Assembly: GCA_025358055.1 (NCBI GenBank)
Contig: JANYKV010000007.1
Span: forward strand, 459-64,458
Direction of reading: 5' to 3'
Length of the DNA: 64,000 nt
Source: Gemmatimonadota bacterium
Lineage (GTDB): Bacteria > Gemmatimonadota > Gemmatimonadetes > Gemmatimonadales > GWC2-71-9
This document shows, one piece after another, positions 1 to 9,418 of the stretch. Positions within the stretch are counted from its first letter, which is position 1. Every line of letters starts with the position of its first letter. The notes under the pieces are model-generated. The model ran no database searches. It was given only the letters and a program-made list of their open reading frames with translations, and was not told where the DNA came from. The position numbers and the translations under genes were made by a program.

Positions 1-1005
1 CATATGATGTTCGTGCGCCACCAGGATCGAGCGATACGGAATCTCCTCGTATCCGCGCAAGGTGAACAACGTGAGCCCGCCCTGCCAGGGATGGGTTTGA
101 ATCGCCCGCCACTCGTCCTCGGACAAGCCGGTGACCTTGTTGAGCACCTCGATCGGAACCCGAGCCTTGCCGACATCGTGCAACAACGCCGTCATACCGA
201 GATCGTAGAGCTGGAGCTTGGAAAAGCCCATCTTTCGCCCGAGCGCCACGGCAAAGATGCACACATTCACCGAGTGGGTGAAGGTGTATTCGTCATAGTC
301 CCGTAAGGTGGTGAGGCCGATGATGGACGTCTCGTTATTGAGGACTTGATCCACGATCATCTGCACCGCGCGTTTGACTTTCTTGAGGCTCGTCGTCCGG
401 CCTAAGCGAATGGAGTTCATCACGTCTTTGGTAACCGCCACGCCATGCGAGTACGTCCGCTTCGCGATTTCGCGCGAGTATTTGTCTTCCTCCATCCCGA
501 GGGCAACGCTGGTCGGCTCGAGTTCGAGGTTCGCGACATGCGCCTGGGCCAGGCGTTCGGTGAGACCGGTGTACCGGTCTTCCGGACCCTCGTTGCCGCC
601 CGAGAGGCTGAGGAGGATACTCAAGAAGGCCTGCAGCTCCCGCCGTTCGACACCAACGCGCACCCGCAACAGCCCGATGTCGAAGGCGCGAAGGGTGGCG
701 AGGATGCCGCCGAAGGCCGCGTAGTTGTCGAGTTCGAGGCGGAGCCGCGTGGAGTTGACGAAAATGAAGTCCCCCGAGAGTCGGATTTCAATCTCGCCTT
801 CCGCATTGAGAATCGTGGCAGTGCTCGCTTGGAGATCCTCCAATGCTTTTTGCACCGTCGCGTTTTCAACGGGATACAACTTGAGGCTTCGAAGCGCGGC
901 ATAGAGCGTCAAGAGAAAGCTGCGCCCAGCCTGCCGGAGGAATCCGTCGTCGCTGGTCTCTCCTCCACCCGCCCGGCCAAGGCGATCCCGAAGTTCGTCG
1001 GTCAT
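1..1005 (-). CDS. HD-GYP-type HD-domain phosphohydrolase (probable c-di-GMP phosphodiesterase family). Only the 5' ~335 codons are present; the gene runs off the window start.
   Basis: My own translation of the minus strand from the ATG at 1005..1003 gives MTDELRDRLGRAGGGETSDD...TFTHSVNVCIFAVALG...MTALLHDVGKARVPIEVLNK...THPWQGG...LVAHEHHM. The frame stays open to position 1. It has the HD motif and the start of the HHExxDGxGYP region at the edge. It is absent from the ORF track because there is no stop in the window. It overlaps the upstream gene's stop (1002-1004) in an ATGA arrangement. Confidence 0.8.
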   Translation of the reverse strand, partial: MTDELRDRLGRAGGGETSDDGFLRQAGRSFLLTLYAALRSLKLYPVENATVQKALEDLQASTATILNAEGEIEIRLSGDFIFVNSTRLRLELDNYAAFGGILATLRAFDIGLLRVRVGVERRELQAFLSILLSLSGGNEGPEDRYTGLTERLAQAHVANLELEPTSVALGMEEDKYSREIAKRTYSHGVAVTKDVMNSIRLGRTTSLKKVKRAVQMIVDQVLNNETSIIGLTTLRDYDEYTFTHSVNVCIFAVALGRKMGFSKLQLYDLGMTALLHDVGKARVPIEVLNKVTGLSEDEWRAIQTHPWQGGLTLFTLRGYEEIPYRSILVAHEHHM

Positions 1006-2699
1006 CCACCCCACTCCCGCAGCGCCCGCGCCGCCGCGTTGCGGACCGAAAGCTCCTTGTCGTTGGAGACCCGTTGAAGAATCGCTCGTGCCTCGTCGGT
1101 CCGAATCCGGCCCACAGCGTACGCGGCGCAGGTTCGCGTTTCGGGATTTCCCTTTTTCCGGAACAGGCCGCGGGGCTCGAGGATCTCCGCGAATACCGGC
1201 AGAGCCGGGGCTCCCGCCACAATCGCGTAGGCCTCGAAGAACTGGCGCTTTTCGGCCCGTTCGAGTTCCACCGGCCCTTTCCCTTGAACCGCCAGCTCGA
1301 GCCGCTTTTGCGCGCCCTTGAATCCGCGCGCCATGACGGCGGTGACCGCCGCGACCCGGACGGCCCGATCAGGGTCGTCTAGCGAACGCTCGAGCGCCGT
1401 CAGCGCGCCCGGCGAGGCGATCGCGGCCAACGACTCGACGGCGCTCAAGCGCAGGCCGGAGTCTTCATGCTCGAGCACTTCGGTGAGCCCCGGGACGGCG
1501 GGCTGAATCGATAACCGGCCACAAACGCGCACGAGCGCCGGGAGCGCTCCGGATTTCGGCTGGCGAAGGAGACGAAGCACCTCCGCGGTGTTGTTGGCCG
1601 CGATCCGGTCCGCCGCCGCCTCCAGCAGGGCCTGAAGCTGCGGGTTGCTGAGCCGGGGTAAGTAAGTCAAGAGAGTCTCGAGCGCGGGGGCGCGAAGTTC
1701 ACGCAAGACTTCCCCGATGTCCTCGTCCGGAGGCAGCGAAACCACCCCGTCGAGCGCCTGGACCAGCTGCGCCACAATCGCCGGTTCGCTCAGCCGGGTT
1801 TCGAACCCCTGAATCCGCGCCTTGATGTCCGTGGTGAGCCCCCGCACGCGGCCGACGACCAAGCGAATCTCCCGCAGAATGAGGGCGACCGTTCGGAACT
1901 CGCCGGCATGCAACAAATTAGGGAAGAGTTGCTCGAGGACTGACATGACCTCGGCGCGCACGGTTGCCGTCGGCTCGAGCTCGAACACGTCCAGCGCCGC
2001 AGCCATGGCCGGGCTCCGAACATCACGGATGTACTCGTCCTGCACTTGGGTCTGCAATGCGCGAATCTCTTCTTCGTCCAGGAAATAGAGCGTGGAGTCA
2101 AAGTCGTCGGGGTCGATGACACCCTTCGGTCGGGCGGTCTGCGCTTCTTCTCGCACCTGCTCCGCCCGTTCCTCCGTGGTGGGCGCATCCTCCGCTCCAT
2201 ACGCCATGTCCACCGCTTGGGGATCGAGCACCGCAATGCCTTCGACAATCACTTCCGCAAATCGGTGTTCGATGAAGTGGAAGTCCTGCTCCCAAAGCAA
2301 CGTCAAGAGATCGTCGCCCGCGTCGGCCGCCAGCAGGCGCGCCCGCGTGACCGTCTGTAGCAGCCGAACGATCTCTTCCTGTTCCACTCCGCGTTTCAGC
2401 GTGAGCACCCGCATGCCGTCCTTGTAAAGCATCCAGGCAAAGGATTCGGTCTTATTTGCTTGGTGGTAGACGAGCTGTTCCTCCCACACCAAATCCGTCT
2501 CGGCGACGGTGAGAATGAGGTCCTCCGTGAGCCCCCAGACGGGCGGGAACGCGTCCCGAAGCTGCTGCGCGGCCCGATGGTACATCGGATTGTTGGGGAG
2601 GTACATCTGAAAGGCTCGGAGGGCCTTGACCAAGGCCCGAATCAGTTCCTCCACCTCGGTCGTCGGGAGGGCGAGAGGCGATTCGGCGGGCATAGTCAC
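1002..2699 (-). CDS. HEAT-repeat protein with an uncharacterised ~170-aa N-terminal domain
   Basis: 565-aa ORF. The C-terminal third has HEAT/PBS-lyase-like repeats (LRLSAVESLAAIASPGALTALERSLDDPDRAVRVAAVTAV...; SNDKELSVRNAAARALREWG). It is translationally coupled to the downstream HD-GYP gene. Confidence 0.75.
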   Translation of the reverse strand: MTMPAESPLALPTTEVEELIRALVKALRAFQMYLPNNPMYHRAAQQLRDAFPPVWGLTEDLILTVAETDLVWEEQLVYHQANKTESFAWMLYKDGMRVLTLKRGVEQEEIVRLLQTVTRARLLAADAGDDLLTLLWEQDFHFIEHRFAEVIVEGIAVLDPQAVDMAYGAEDAPTTEERAEQVREEAQTARPKGVIDPDDFDSTLYFLDEEEIRALQTQVQDEYIRDVRSPAMAAALDVFELEPTATVRAEVMSVLEQLFPNLLHAGEFRTVALILREIRLVVGRVRGLTTDIKARIQGFETRLSEPAIVAQLVQALDGVVSLPPDEDIGEVLRELRAPALETLLTYLPRLSNPQLQALLEAAADRIAANNTAEVLRLLRQPKSGALPALVRVCGRLSIQPAVPGLTEVLEHEDSGLRLSAVESLAAIASPGALTALERSLDDPDRAVRVAAVTAVMARGFKGAQKRLELAVQGKGPVELERAEKRQFFEAYAIVAGAPALPVFAEILEPRGLFRKKGNPETRTCAAYAVGRIRTDEARAILQRVSNDKELSVRNAAARALREWGG

Positions 2700-2827
2700 G
2701 GAAGCGCTCGCACGACGCGAGGGACGAACCGCGCTGAGGAATTCAGAGTTTGGACTCCGGCGGAACAGGAGACGGTATGTGCATAAGTTATAAGGGAATC
2801 ACCGCTGACGCAGGTGTCGGGCGCCCC

Positions 2828-2856
2828 TTGCCCTTCGGGGCTCCTTCGGGTAGAAT
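2828..2856 (+). promoter_or_regulatory. Candidate sigma70-type lexA promoter, TTGCCC-N17-TAGAAT
   Basis: The hexamers were read directly: TTGCCC at 2828-2833 and TAGAAT at 2851-2856, with a 17-nt spacer. An AGGAGG RBS lies at about 2888-2893, ahead of the ATG at 2901. Confidence 0.35.
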
Positions 2857-2871
2857 GAATTTCGGGTTCTA
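2851..2871. promoter_or_regulatory. Inverted repeat TAGAA-N11-TTCTA overlapping the putative -10; candidate LexA operator
   Basis: TAGAA at 2851-2855 and TTCTA at 2867-2871 are exact reverse complements. The position overlapping the lexA promoter fits autoregulation. The sequence does not match the classical CTGT-N8-ACAG or GAAC-N4-GTTC boxes. Confidence 0.3.
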
Positions 2872-2900
2872 TTCGGAGCCCCACCTAGGAGGACGACAGC

Positions 2901-3509
2901 ATGCCCCTTACCAAGCGCCAACGCGAAATTCTCGTCTTCATCGAGGAACAGATCAAAGCGCAGGGCTATGCGCCCAGCTTCGAGGAAATCGCCGAGCACT
3001 TTCGCTTTCAATCCCTCGCCACCGTGCACGAACACCTGACCAACCTGGAACGGAAGGGCTACATCCGGCGAACCTACAATGAAAGCCGGTCAATCGAGCT
3101 CCTTCCTCCGAAGGGAATCTCCGGTGCTACCGACATTCCCCTGCTCGGCCGGGTCGCGGCGGGCACGCCGATCGAGGCCCTCATGCACCAAGAAGTTCTC
3201 GCGGTCCCGGATCAGATGCTTCCCCGGCGTGGGCCTAACTATGCCCTCCAGGTGCGCGGTGAATCGATGATCGACGAACACATTCTCGACGGAGATTTCG
3301 TCGTCGTGAATGGACGGCAGACCGCCGAGAACGGCGAGATGGTCATCGCGCTCGTTAACGGGGCTGAGGCCACGGTCAAGAAATTCTATCGGGAGACTGG
3401 CGGATGGATTCGACTCCAGGCGGCCAACACCACCGTGCAACCCCTTCGTTTTCTGGAGAGCGACGTGTTGATCCAGGGCGTCGTCGTCGGGGTGATTCGA
3501 AAATACTGA
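2901..3509 (+). CDS. lexA: LexA repressor (S24 peptidase)
   Basis: 202 aa. The N-terminal winged HTH reads MPLTKRQREILVFIEEQIKAQGYAPSFEEIAEHF. The C-terminal S24 domain has a GESM Ser and a VKKF Lys. Confidence 0.95.
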   Translation: MPLTKRQREILVFIEEQIKAQGYAPSFEEIAEHFRFQSLATVHEHLTNLERKGYIRRTYNESRSIELLPPKGISGATDIPLLGRVAAGTPIEALMHQEVLAVPDQMLPRRGPNYALQVRGESMIDEHILDGDFVVVNGRQTAENGEMVIALVNGAEATVKKFYRETGGWIRLQAANTTVQPLRFLESDVLIQGVVVGVIRKY

Positions 3510-3771
3510 CGATGGAGGCACCTCGCACGCTGCGCGGTCACAGGTTGGCCCCTTCCCTACCATGAACGCCGGATCGGGAAGCTCGGTGAAGGAGGAGAAA
3601 ACAGCTCAAAGCCCAACTCCACCCCGGCCGGATTGGACCGGCTCCGTCACGGGCCAGATCGAGTACGACTAGCCCTCCAGTCGGCGCCGCCCCGCTGCGT
3701 GCAAATTCCTAAGCGTTGTGCATCTCCCACCCGTCGTTGCCTCGCGAACTCATATCCGGGCGGGGGATTCA

Positions 3772-4713
3772 ATGAAACGGGCTGGTCGTAATCTCATGCT
3801 GGCGCTCCTAGCCCTCGGAGCCTGTCTCCAAGCAAGCCGGCCTCGGAGGGGCCCGGAATCGCAGGCCACTGGACGGGAGAAGGTGGCGAGTTTACGTCCC
3901 GTCTCACCAATATCCGATTCCGGCGGGCCTGGTTTCGCGGCTCGGCCCGTCCCAGCGGATGACGGGACGGCGTCAAGCGAAACATCCATCGGAGAGAAAC
4001 CCCACGCCGGTATCCTTGGCGGTGGCGCGCTCCGAAGCTCGAGCATGCTCATTCGCACCGGGCAGGTCGAGATCGAAGTCGATTCGCTCGATCGCGCCAT
4101 CCGCCGGGTACATGCTCTCGCAGCGCAAATGGGCGGATTCCTGGGCGGGAGCGTTATCGAGGCCGGTCAAGACCAACGGCGGACCGCAAAACTCGAGCTG
4201 AAGGTCCCAGCAGAGCGATACGAGGGGATACTTTCAGCGCTCGAGGGGATCGGGAAAATCCGGAACGCCACGACCACGAGCCAGGATGTCGGCAAAGAAT
4301 ACGTCGACGTAGAGGCTCGGATGGCGAACGCACAACGGCTGGAAGACCGCCTCATCAACCTCCTCGGCCGTCGTACCGGCAAGCTACAGGATGTTCTGGC
4401 GGTGGAGCATGAGTTGGCGCGGGTGCGGGAAGAAATCGAACGGTATGAAGGCCGAGTCCGCTATCTCAAGTCGCAAGTGGCGATCAGCACTTTGGTGGTC
4501 GACCTCCGGGAACCAACCCCGATAATTGGCGATCCGGGGTCGAACGTGGTGGTCAATGCGTTCAAGGAGGCGTACCGGAACGGCGTCTCGGTGATCGCAG
4601 CGAGCATCCAGGTCGCCGGCGGGTTGCTCCCGTTGTTCCTACTCGCCCTGGCGGTGGTGGTTCTGGTCCGTCGGTGGCTTCGTCGTCCCCGCGCGGCGCG
4701 GGGAACGGCATAA
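3772..4713 (+). CDS. DUF4349-family lipoprotein
   Basis: The C-terminal two-thirds match the DUF4349 pattern (LELKVPAERYEGILSALEGIGKI...DVEARMANAQRLEDRL...VEHELARVREEIERYEG) and end in a TM helix. The ATG at 3772 gives MKRAGRNLMLALLALGAC with a lipobox. The maximal ORF starts at a GTG at 3718. Confidence 0.8.
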   Translation: MKRAGRNLMLALLALGACLQASRPRRGPESQATGREKVASLRPVSPISDSGGPGFAARPVPADDGTASSETSIGEKPHAGILGGGALRSSSMLIRTGQVEIEVDSLDRAIRRVHALAAQMGGFLGGSVIEAGQDQRRTAKLELKVPAERYEGILSALEGIGKIRNATTTSQDVGKEYVDVEARMANAQRLEDRLINLLGRRTGKLQDVLAVEHELARVREEIERYEGRVRYLKSQVAISTLVVDLREPTPIIGDPGSNVVVNAFKEAYRNGVSVIAASIQVAGGLLPLFLLALAVVVLVRRWLRRPRAARGTA

Positions 4714-4760
4714 CGCAAGCACTTCCCCTTACTGGCCTGCGCGCAGCCGGGTCATTCGCG

Positions 4761-4793
4761 CGAGCGGCCTTCGGGTCGCCGGCTCAGTTTTTT
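4761..4793 (+). terminator. Intrinsic terminator after the DUF4349 gene
   Basis: A GC hairpin (CGAGCGGCC-UUCG-GGUCGCCG, with a UUCG tetraloop) is followed by TTTTTT at 4788-4793. Confidence 0.55.
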
Positions 4794-4838
4794 CTTTATC
4801 CCGCTCTAACTCCCAAGCCGGACAACGAGTTGCGGCGC

Positions 4839-4867
4839 TTGATCCACCCTCTCAACCGGGCTAGATT
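4839..4867 (+). promoter_or_regulatory. Candidate truA promoter TTGATC-N17-TAGATT. The -10 ends 9 nt before the ATG, implying a near-leaderless transcript.
   Basis: TTGATC at 4839-4844 and TAGATT at 4862-4867. The ATG is at 4877 and no SD lies between them. Confidence 0.35.
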
Positions 4868-4876
4868 CCGGCCCAG

Positions 4877-5662
4877 ATGGAACGGACTTTCCTGGCCTGC
4901 ATTCATTACGATGGCACCCACTTTGTGGGCTGGCAGCGGCAGGCGGAAGGCCGGACGGTTCAGGGCGAGTTTGAGGCAGCGTTGGAGCGACTGTCGGGCC
5001 GGAGAATCGTCGCCCACGCCGCCGGTCGGACGGACGCAGGGGTCCATGCATTGGGGATGGGCGTGAGTTGCACGCTACCCGCGCGCTGGACCCCGAGCGC
5101 GTTGCGACGGGCCCTCAACGCATTGCTGCCGTCGGAGTGCTGGGTGGAATCGGTCCGGGAAGCGGCGCCAGGCTTTCATGCGAGGAAGTCCGCCCTCGGC
5201 CGACGGTATCGCTACGATATCGGCACCGACGCCACGTCGGCGTCACCGTTTCGTCATCGATATGAATGGGCTTTGGGGCGCGAACTCAATGAGGGACGAC
5301 TCTACGGGGCGGCGAGTTCCATTCTGGGGGAGCACGAATTCTCGCATTTTTCGGTACGCAGTTCGACGCGCCCGCACTACCGATGTCAGGTTGCACTCGC
5401 CCAATGGGAACGGCGCTGTGATGCCCCGGGATTTCGCTTCCATGTCGCGGCGGACCGTTTTCTCCATCATATGGTGCGATTCCTTGTGGGCACGATGGTC
5501 GATATCGGGCTCGAACGCCGGCCACCGGAGGACTTGATGCGATTGCTTGCTGGCGAAGCAGGGATGCGAACCAGCCCTCCGGCCCCGGCGCGCGGCCTCT
5601 ATTTCATGGCGGCGGAGTACCCGCCGACCTGCTTCGCCCCTTCGGACGGCGTATGTCCTTGA
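4877..5662 (+). CDS. truA: tRNA pseudouridine(38-40) synthase TruA
   Basis: 261 aa. IHYDGTHFVGWQRQ and AAGRTDAGVHALG (catalytic Asp motif). Confidence 0.95.
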   Translation: MERTFLACIHYDGTHFVGWQRQAEGRTVQGEFEAALERLSGRRIVAHAAGRTDAGVHALGMGVSCTLPARWTPSALRRALNALLPSECWVESVREAAPGFHARKSALGRRYRYDIGTDATSASPFRHRYEWALGRELNEGRLYGAASSILGEHEFSHFSVRSSTRPHYRCQVALAQWERRCDAPGFRFHVAADRFLHHMVRFLVGTMVDIGLERRPPEDLMRLLAGEAGMRTSPPAPARGLYFMAAEYPPTCFAPSDGVCP

Positions 5663-7068
5663 ACCGATACCGCGTCGTCCTTCCGCTCTTACTTACCCTC
5701 GGGAGTTGTCGAGACCAGAGCCACGAGACCTCGTTCGTGACCCCGGCCCTCGCAACCATGCGGATTGCCAAGCAGCAGGCACTCAGTACCACGCGACGAA
5801 CCGCGATCGTCGATGCTGCGGCGCGGCTCGCCCCAGCGGTGGTTTCGATCAGCGTGACGACCCACCGACGAACGCAAGTCGAAAATCCGTTTTCCCTGTT
5901 CCTGCCCCAGGAGTCCGAACAGGTCGTCCAAGGGTTTGGTACGGGATTCATCATCCGCTCCGACGGCGTCATCATCACGAATCAACATGTGGTGGCCGGC
6001 GCCGAGACTATCACCGTCTCTTTGGCCGACAATTCGGAGAACGAGGCAAAGGTCCTCGGCGAAGATCCGGTGACCGACATCGCGGTTCTACGAATCAACC
6101 GAAAGGGGTTGCCGGTCGTTACGACCGGCAAAAGCACCGATCTCATGATCGGCGAGTGGGTCATCGCCCTCGGCAACCCCTACGTATACCTGCTCGGAAA
6201 CTCAGAGCCGACGGTCACCGCGGGAGTCGTGAGCGCCACCAACCGCAATATTCTGCCGAGCAGCGAGCAGACCGGACTCTATCTGGACATGATCCAAACC
6301 GACGCCTCGATCAATCCTGGCAACTCGGGTGGCCCGCTCTCCAATGCCCTCGGCGAGGTCGTGGGCGTGAACTCGTCCATTCTGACCAGTAGCGGAGGCT
6401 CGATTGGACTCGGCTTTGCGATTCCGATTGAACGCGCGCTGCGCATCGCGGACGACATCCTTCAACACGGATCGGTTCGGCGGGCATGGACGGGAATCGA
6501 TGTGGGAGGATCCCGGGAGATGCGCGACTGGAAAACCGCCGGCGGCGTCCCGGTCCAGCAAGTGGCACCCGGCAGCCCCGCCGCGCGCGCCAGCATTCGA
6601 CCGAAAACTGTTCTGGTCGAAGCCAATGGACGCCGACTGCGTAACTTCCTCGACTGGGAGTCGGTGAAGCTCGATCTCCACGTCGGAGATTCAGTCGAAT
6701 TAAAAATCCGTGACGCCGAGGGTGGGCCAATCCAGACCCGCCACCTGGTGTCCGGCGACGTCCCCTCGGCGATCTCAGAAAAGGTGGTCGTCCTCAAAGG
6801 AGTCGAGCTGGTGACGGTGACACCGGCGGTGCGTGCCGAGCGCGGCATCCGGAGCGAACGCGGGGCCTTGATTTTCCGCGTCAACCAGGAAGTGGGTCGA
6901 CTCACCGGCCTGCAAGCCGGTGATGTTGTCTTGGCGGTGAACCGTACGATGGTTTCGACGGCAGCGCAGGTCGGCGACCTGTTTCAGTCCATGCGATCGC
7001 AAGAGATGTTTCGAGTCTTTTTTGAGCGCGACGGGCAAGTCATCTGGACGGATCTCCAATTCCGATGA
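5653..7068 (+). CDS. HtrA/DegP-family S1C serine protease with PDZ domains; probable lipoprotein
   Basis: 471 aa. GTGFIIRSDGVIITNQHVV, DIAVLRI and GNSGGPL form the catalytic triad context, followed by PDZ-like regions. The N-terminus LLLTLGSC is lipobox-like. Confidence 0.93.
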   Translation: MSLNRYRVVLPLLLTLGSCRDQSHETSFVTPALATMRIAKQQALSTTRRTAIVDAAARLAPAVVSISVTTHRRTQVENPFSLFLPQESEQVVQGFGTGFIIRSDGVIITNQHVVAGAETITVSLADNSENEAKVLGEDPVTDIAVLRINRKGLPVVTTGKSTDLMIGEWVIALGNPYVYLLGNSEPTVTAGVVSATNRNILPSSEQTGLYLDMIQTDASINPGNSGGPLSNALGEVVGVNSSILTSSGGSIGLGFAIPIERALRIADDILQHGSVRRAWTGIDVGGSREMRDWKTAGGVPVQQVAPGSPAARASIRPKTVLVEANGRRLRNFLDWESVKLDLHVGDSVELKIRDAEGGPIQTRHLVSGDVPSAISEKVVVLKGVELVTVTPAVRAERGIRSERGALIFRVNQEVGRLTGLQAGDVVLAVNRTMVSTAAQVGDLFQSMRSQEMFRVFFERDGQVIWTDLQFR

Positions 7069-8504
7069 GCGATCCTCGCTACCAATCACCCCTGGGTTCC
7101 CGGTACTCCTCCCCCGCCATGCAGGCCCTTTGGGGGGAGCCACTCCGGATTTCCCTCTGGCGCCGTCTATGGCTCACGCTCGCGGAGGTGGAACGCGAGC
7201 TTGGCTTGCCCATTCCGGAGAAGGCGCTGGCCCAAATGCGGGCGCACCTGGATGATGCAGACTTGAAGGTCGCGGCCGAGTTTGAACGGCGGTTCCGCCA
7301 CGACGTCATGGCCCATATCCATGCCTTCGGCGAACAGGCGCCCGACGCCCGACCGTTTCTTCACCTCGGAGCGACCAGCGCGTTCGTTACCGACAATGCG
7401 GACCTGGTCGTGATGCGGGACGCGATGAAGCTGTTATTGGGCCGCATCGTCGCCCTGCTGGACACCCTGGGGCGGTTTGCCCAGCGCTACGCGCACGTGC
7501 CCTGTCTGGCCTACACCCACTTTCAACCGGCCCAACTCACGACGGTGGGCAAGCGGACCACGCTGTGGATGCAGGACTTCGCCCTCGACGCCGAGGAACT
7601 CTGCCACCGGCTTGACACATTTCGGTTTCGCGGCTGTAAGGGAACCACCGGCACCCAAGCCTCGTTCCTCCAGCTTTTCGATGGGGACCACGACAAAGTT
7701 CGAGAGCTCGACCGCCGGGTCACCGCCCGGCTCGGATTCCTGGCCCCGTTCGCGGTCACGGGCCAGACCTATCCGCGGAAAGCGGACAGTATGGTCCTCG
7801 ACGTGTTGAGCGGGGTCGCCCAATCGGCGGCGAAGATGGCCAATGACCTTCGGCTGCTCCAGCATGAGGGCGAGTTGCTGGAACCGTTCGAATCGGAGCA
7901 GATCGGCTCGAGCGCGATGGCCTACAAGCGGAACCCGATGCGGGCAGAGCGGATCAACGCTCTGGCCCGGTTCGTCATTTCTCTCCAAGCCAATGGTGCG
8001 CACACCGCCGCGACCCAATGGCTCGAGCGAAGTCTCGACGACAGCGCCAACCGGCGTCTGACCCTCCCTGAGGCCTTCCTCGGAGCCGATGCCATTTTGA
8101 TTCTCGCCACCAACATTGCCGCCGGCCTCGAAGTGCGCGAACCGGTCATCCGGCGACATGTGGATCAACAGATGCCCTTCATGGCGACCGAGCGTTGGCT
8201 CCTGCTCGGCGTTGCAGCCGGCGGGGATCGTCAGGCACTTCATGAAGTGATTCGAACCAACAGTCTCGCGGTGTCGGAGGAGGTGAGCCGAGGCGGCGCC
8301 AATGATTTGCTCCACCGCCTCTCCACGGATCCGGCCTTCGCCGCAATCCCAGCCGAAACGCTCAAGGCCGAACTCGATCCGACCCGATACACGGGTCGAG
8401 CCACCCAGCAGGTCGAGGAGTTCCTGCGGGAATACATCACCCCGATGCTCGCGCGCGCCCGCCCGCTCGCCAGCACCGCTCAACCGACGGAGATCCAGGT
8501 ATGA
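7065..8504 (+). CDS. purB: Adenylosuccinate lyase
   Basis: 479 aa. The [19 protein letters not shown]-terminus and the [10 protein letters not shown] signature are present. 4-nt overlap with htrA. Confidence 0.95.
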   Translation: MSDPRYQSPLGSRYSSPAMQALWGEPLRISLWRRLWLTLAEVERELGLPIPEKALAQMRAHLDDADLKVAAEFERRFRHDVMAHIHAFGEQAPDARPFLHLGATSAFVTDNADLVVMRDAMKLLLGRIVALLDTLGRFAQRYAHVPCLAYTHFQPAQLTTVGKRTTLWMQDFALDAEELCHRLDTFRFRGCKGTTGTQASFLQLFDGDHDKVRELDRRVTARLGFLAPFAVTGQTYPRKADSMVLDVLSGVAQSAAKMANDLRLLQHEGELLEPFESEQIGSSAMAYKRNPMRAERINALARFVISLQANGAHTAATQWLERSLDDSANRRLTLPEAFLGADAILILATNIAAGLEVREPVIRRHVDQQMPFMATERWLLLGVAAGGDRQALHEVIRTNSLAVSEEVSRGGANDLLHRLSTDPAFAAIPAETLKAELDPTRYTGRATQQVEEFLREYITPMLARARPLASTAQPTEIQV

Positions 8505-9418
8505 CGGTCCTCGCAGCCAGTAGCCTTCCCTTGCCGTTGGTTCGGAAAGGCAAAGTGCGCGAAGTCTACGAAGTCGATCGAGATCGGCTGCTGCTCGTGG
8601 CTAGCGACCGGGTCAGCGCCTTCGATATCGTGATGGACGAGCCGATTCCATTCAAGGGCGCCGTCCTCACCCAGCTCAGCAAATTCTGGTTCGGGAAGCT
8701 CGACCGCCTTGGTCCCAACCATTTTCTCACCGCCGATGCGGACCAAATCATCGACGCCGTACCGGCACTGGTCGCCAGCCGGTCCCAAATAGTTGGCCGA
8801 GCCATGTTGGTTCGCCGCACGACCCCGGTGCCGTTCGAGTGCGTCATTCGCGGATACATCACCGGGTCCGCGTGGTCGGAGTACAAGAAGGCGGGCACCC
8901 TCGCCGGCGAAGCGCTGCCCGCGGGACTCATCGAAAGCGCGCAGCTCGCTCATCCGATCTTCTCCCCCGCCACCAAGGCTGAGGAGGGGCATGACATCAA
9001 CGTGACGGCCGAAGCGGTTGGTCTGGCCCTCGGACGGGACGTCGCCGAACAGCTCCGAAGTCGGAGCCTCGCGATCTACGAGGCGGGACGCGCGTATGCG
9101 GCGGAGCGCGGTATCATCATCGCCGACACGAAATTCGAATTCGGCCACGATGCCGTGGGCACCCTTCGGTTGATCGACGAAGTGCTGACGCCCGACTCTT
9201 CGCGGTTCTGGCCGGCGGATCGCTACGCGCCCGGCCGGACTCAGCCGAGCTTCGACAAGCAGCCGCTCCGCGACTACCTCTTGGAGCTCAAGGCGGCGGG
9301 ACGTTGGAACGGAGAAGCCCCCGGCCCAACTCTCCCCCTTGAGGTGGTGGAAGCCACAAGTGTGCGGTATCGCGACGCCTATCGCCTCATCACAGGCCAG
9401 GCACTGGAGATGGCGTGA
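8501..9418 (+). CDS. purC: SAICAR synthetase
   Basis: 305 aa. [11 protein letters not shown]...[13 protein letters not shown]. 4-nt overlap with purB. Confidence 0.95.
   Translation: MTVLAASSLPLPLVRKGKVREVYEVDRDRLLLVASDRVSAFDIVMDEPIPFKGAVLTQLSKFWFGKLDRLGPNHFLTADADQIIDAVPALVASRSQIVGRAMLVRRTTPVPFECVIRGYITGSAWSEYKKAGTLAGEALPAGLIESAQLAHPIFSPATKAEEGHDINVTAEAVGLALGRDVAEQLRSRSLAIYEAGRAYAAERGIIIADTKFEFGHDAVGTLRLIDEVLTPDSSRFWPADRYAPGRTQPSFDKQPLRDYLLELKAAGRWNGEAPGPTLPLEVVEATSVRYRDAYRLITGQALEMA

Noticed and set aside
4-1077. Plus-strand ORFs at the window start (4..306, 374..724, 445..1077).
   Set aside because: The minus strand here encodes a continuous HD-GYP protein with clear motifs. It is missing from the track only because it has no stop in the window.
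2776-2792. The small AT-rich palindrome ATAAGTTAT in the divergent HEAT-gene/lexA spacer, as an alternative operator.
   Set aside because: It is very short and far (more than 100 nt) from the lexA start. It cannot be distinguished from promoter-region AT-richness.
3562-3672. A 36-codon sORF (MNAGSGSSVKEEKTAQSPTPPRPDWTGSVTGQIEYD) in the 262-bp lexA-DUF4349 spacer. It contains an internal AAGGAGGAG SD-like string.
   Set aside because: There is no RBS before its ATG and no start codon at a sensible distance after the SD-like string. It has mixed third-position composition and no recognisable family. It cannot be supported from sequence alone, though it is worth a glance in Ribo-seq data.
7434-8483. 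Long antisense or alternate-frame ORFs overlapping strongly supported genes. Examples: 7434..8483 (-), 13111..14250 (-), 16449..17516 (-), 27030..28025 (+), 28524..29609 (+), 39226..40341 (-), 40502..41794 (+), 50443..51897 (+), 55651..56904 (+), 61740..62807 (+).
   Set aside because: Their translations are R/G/P/H-rich and low in complexity, with no recognisable motifs. Each lies opposite or out of frame to a gene with unmistakable family signatures. Such shadow ORFs are expected in GC-rich DNA.
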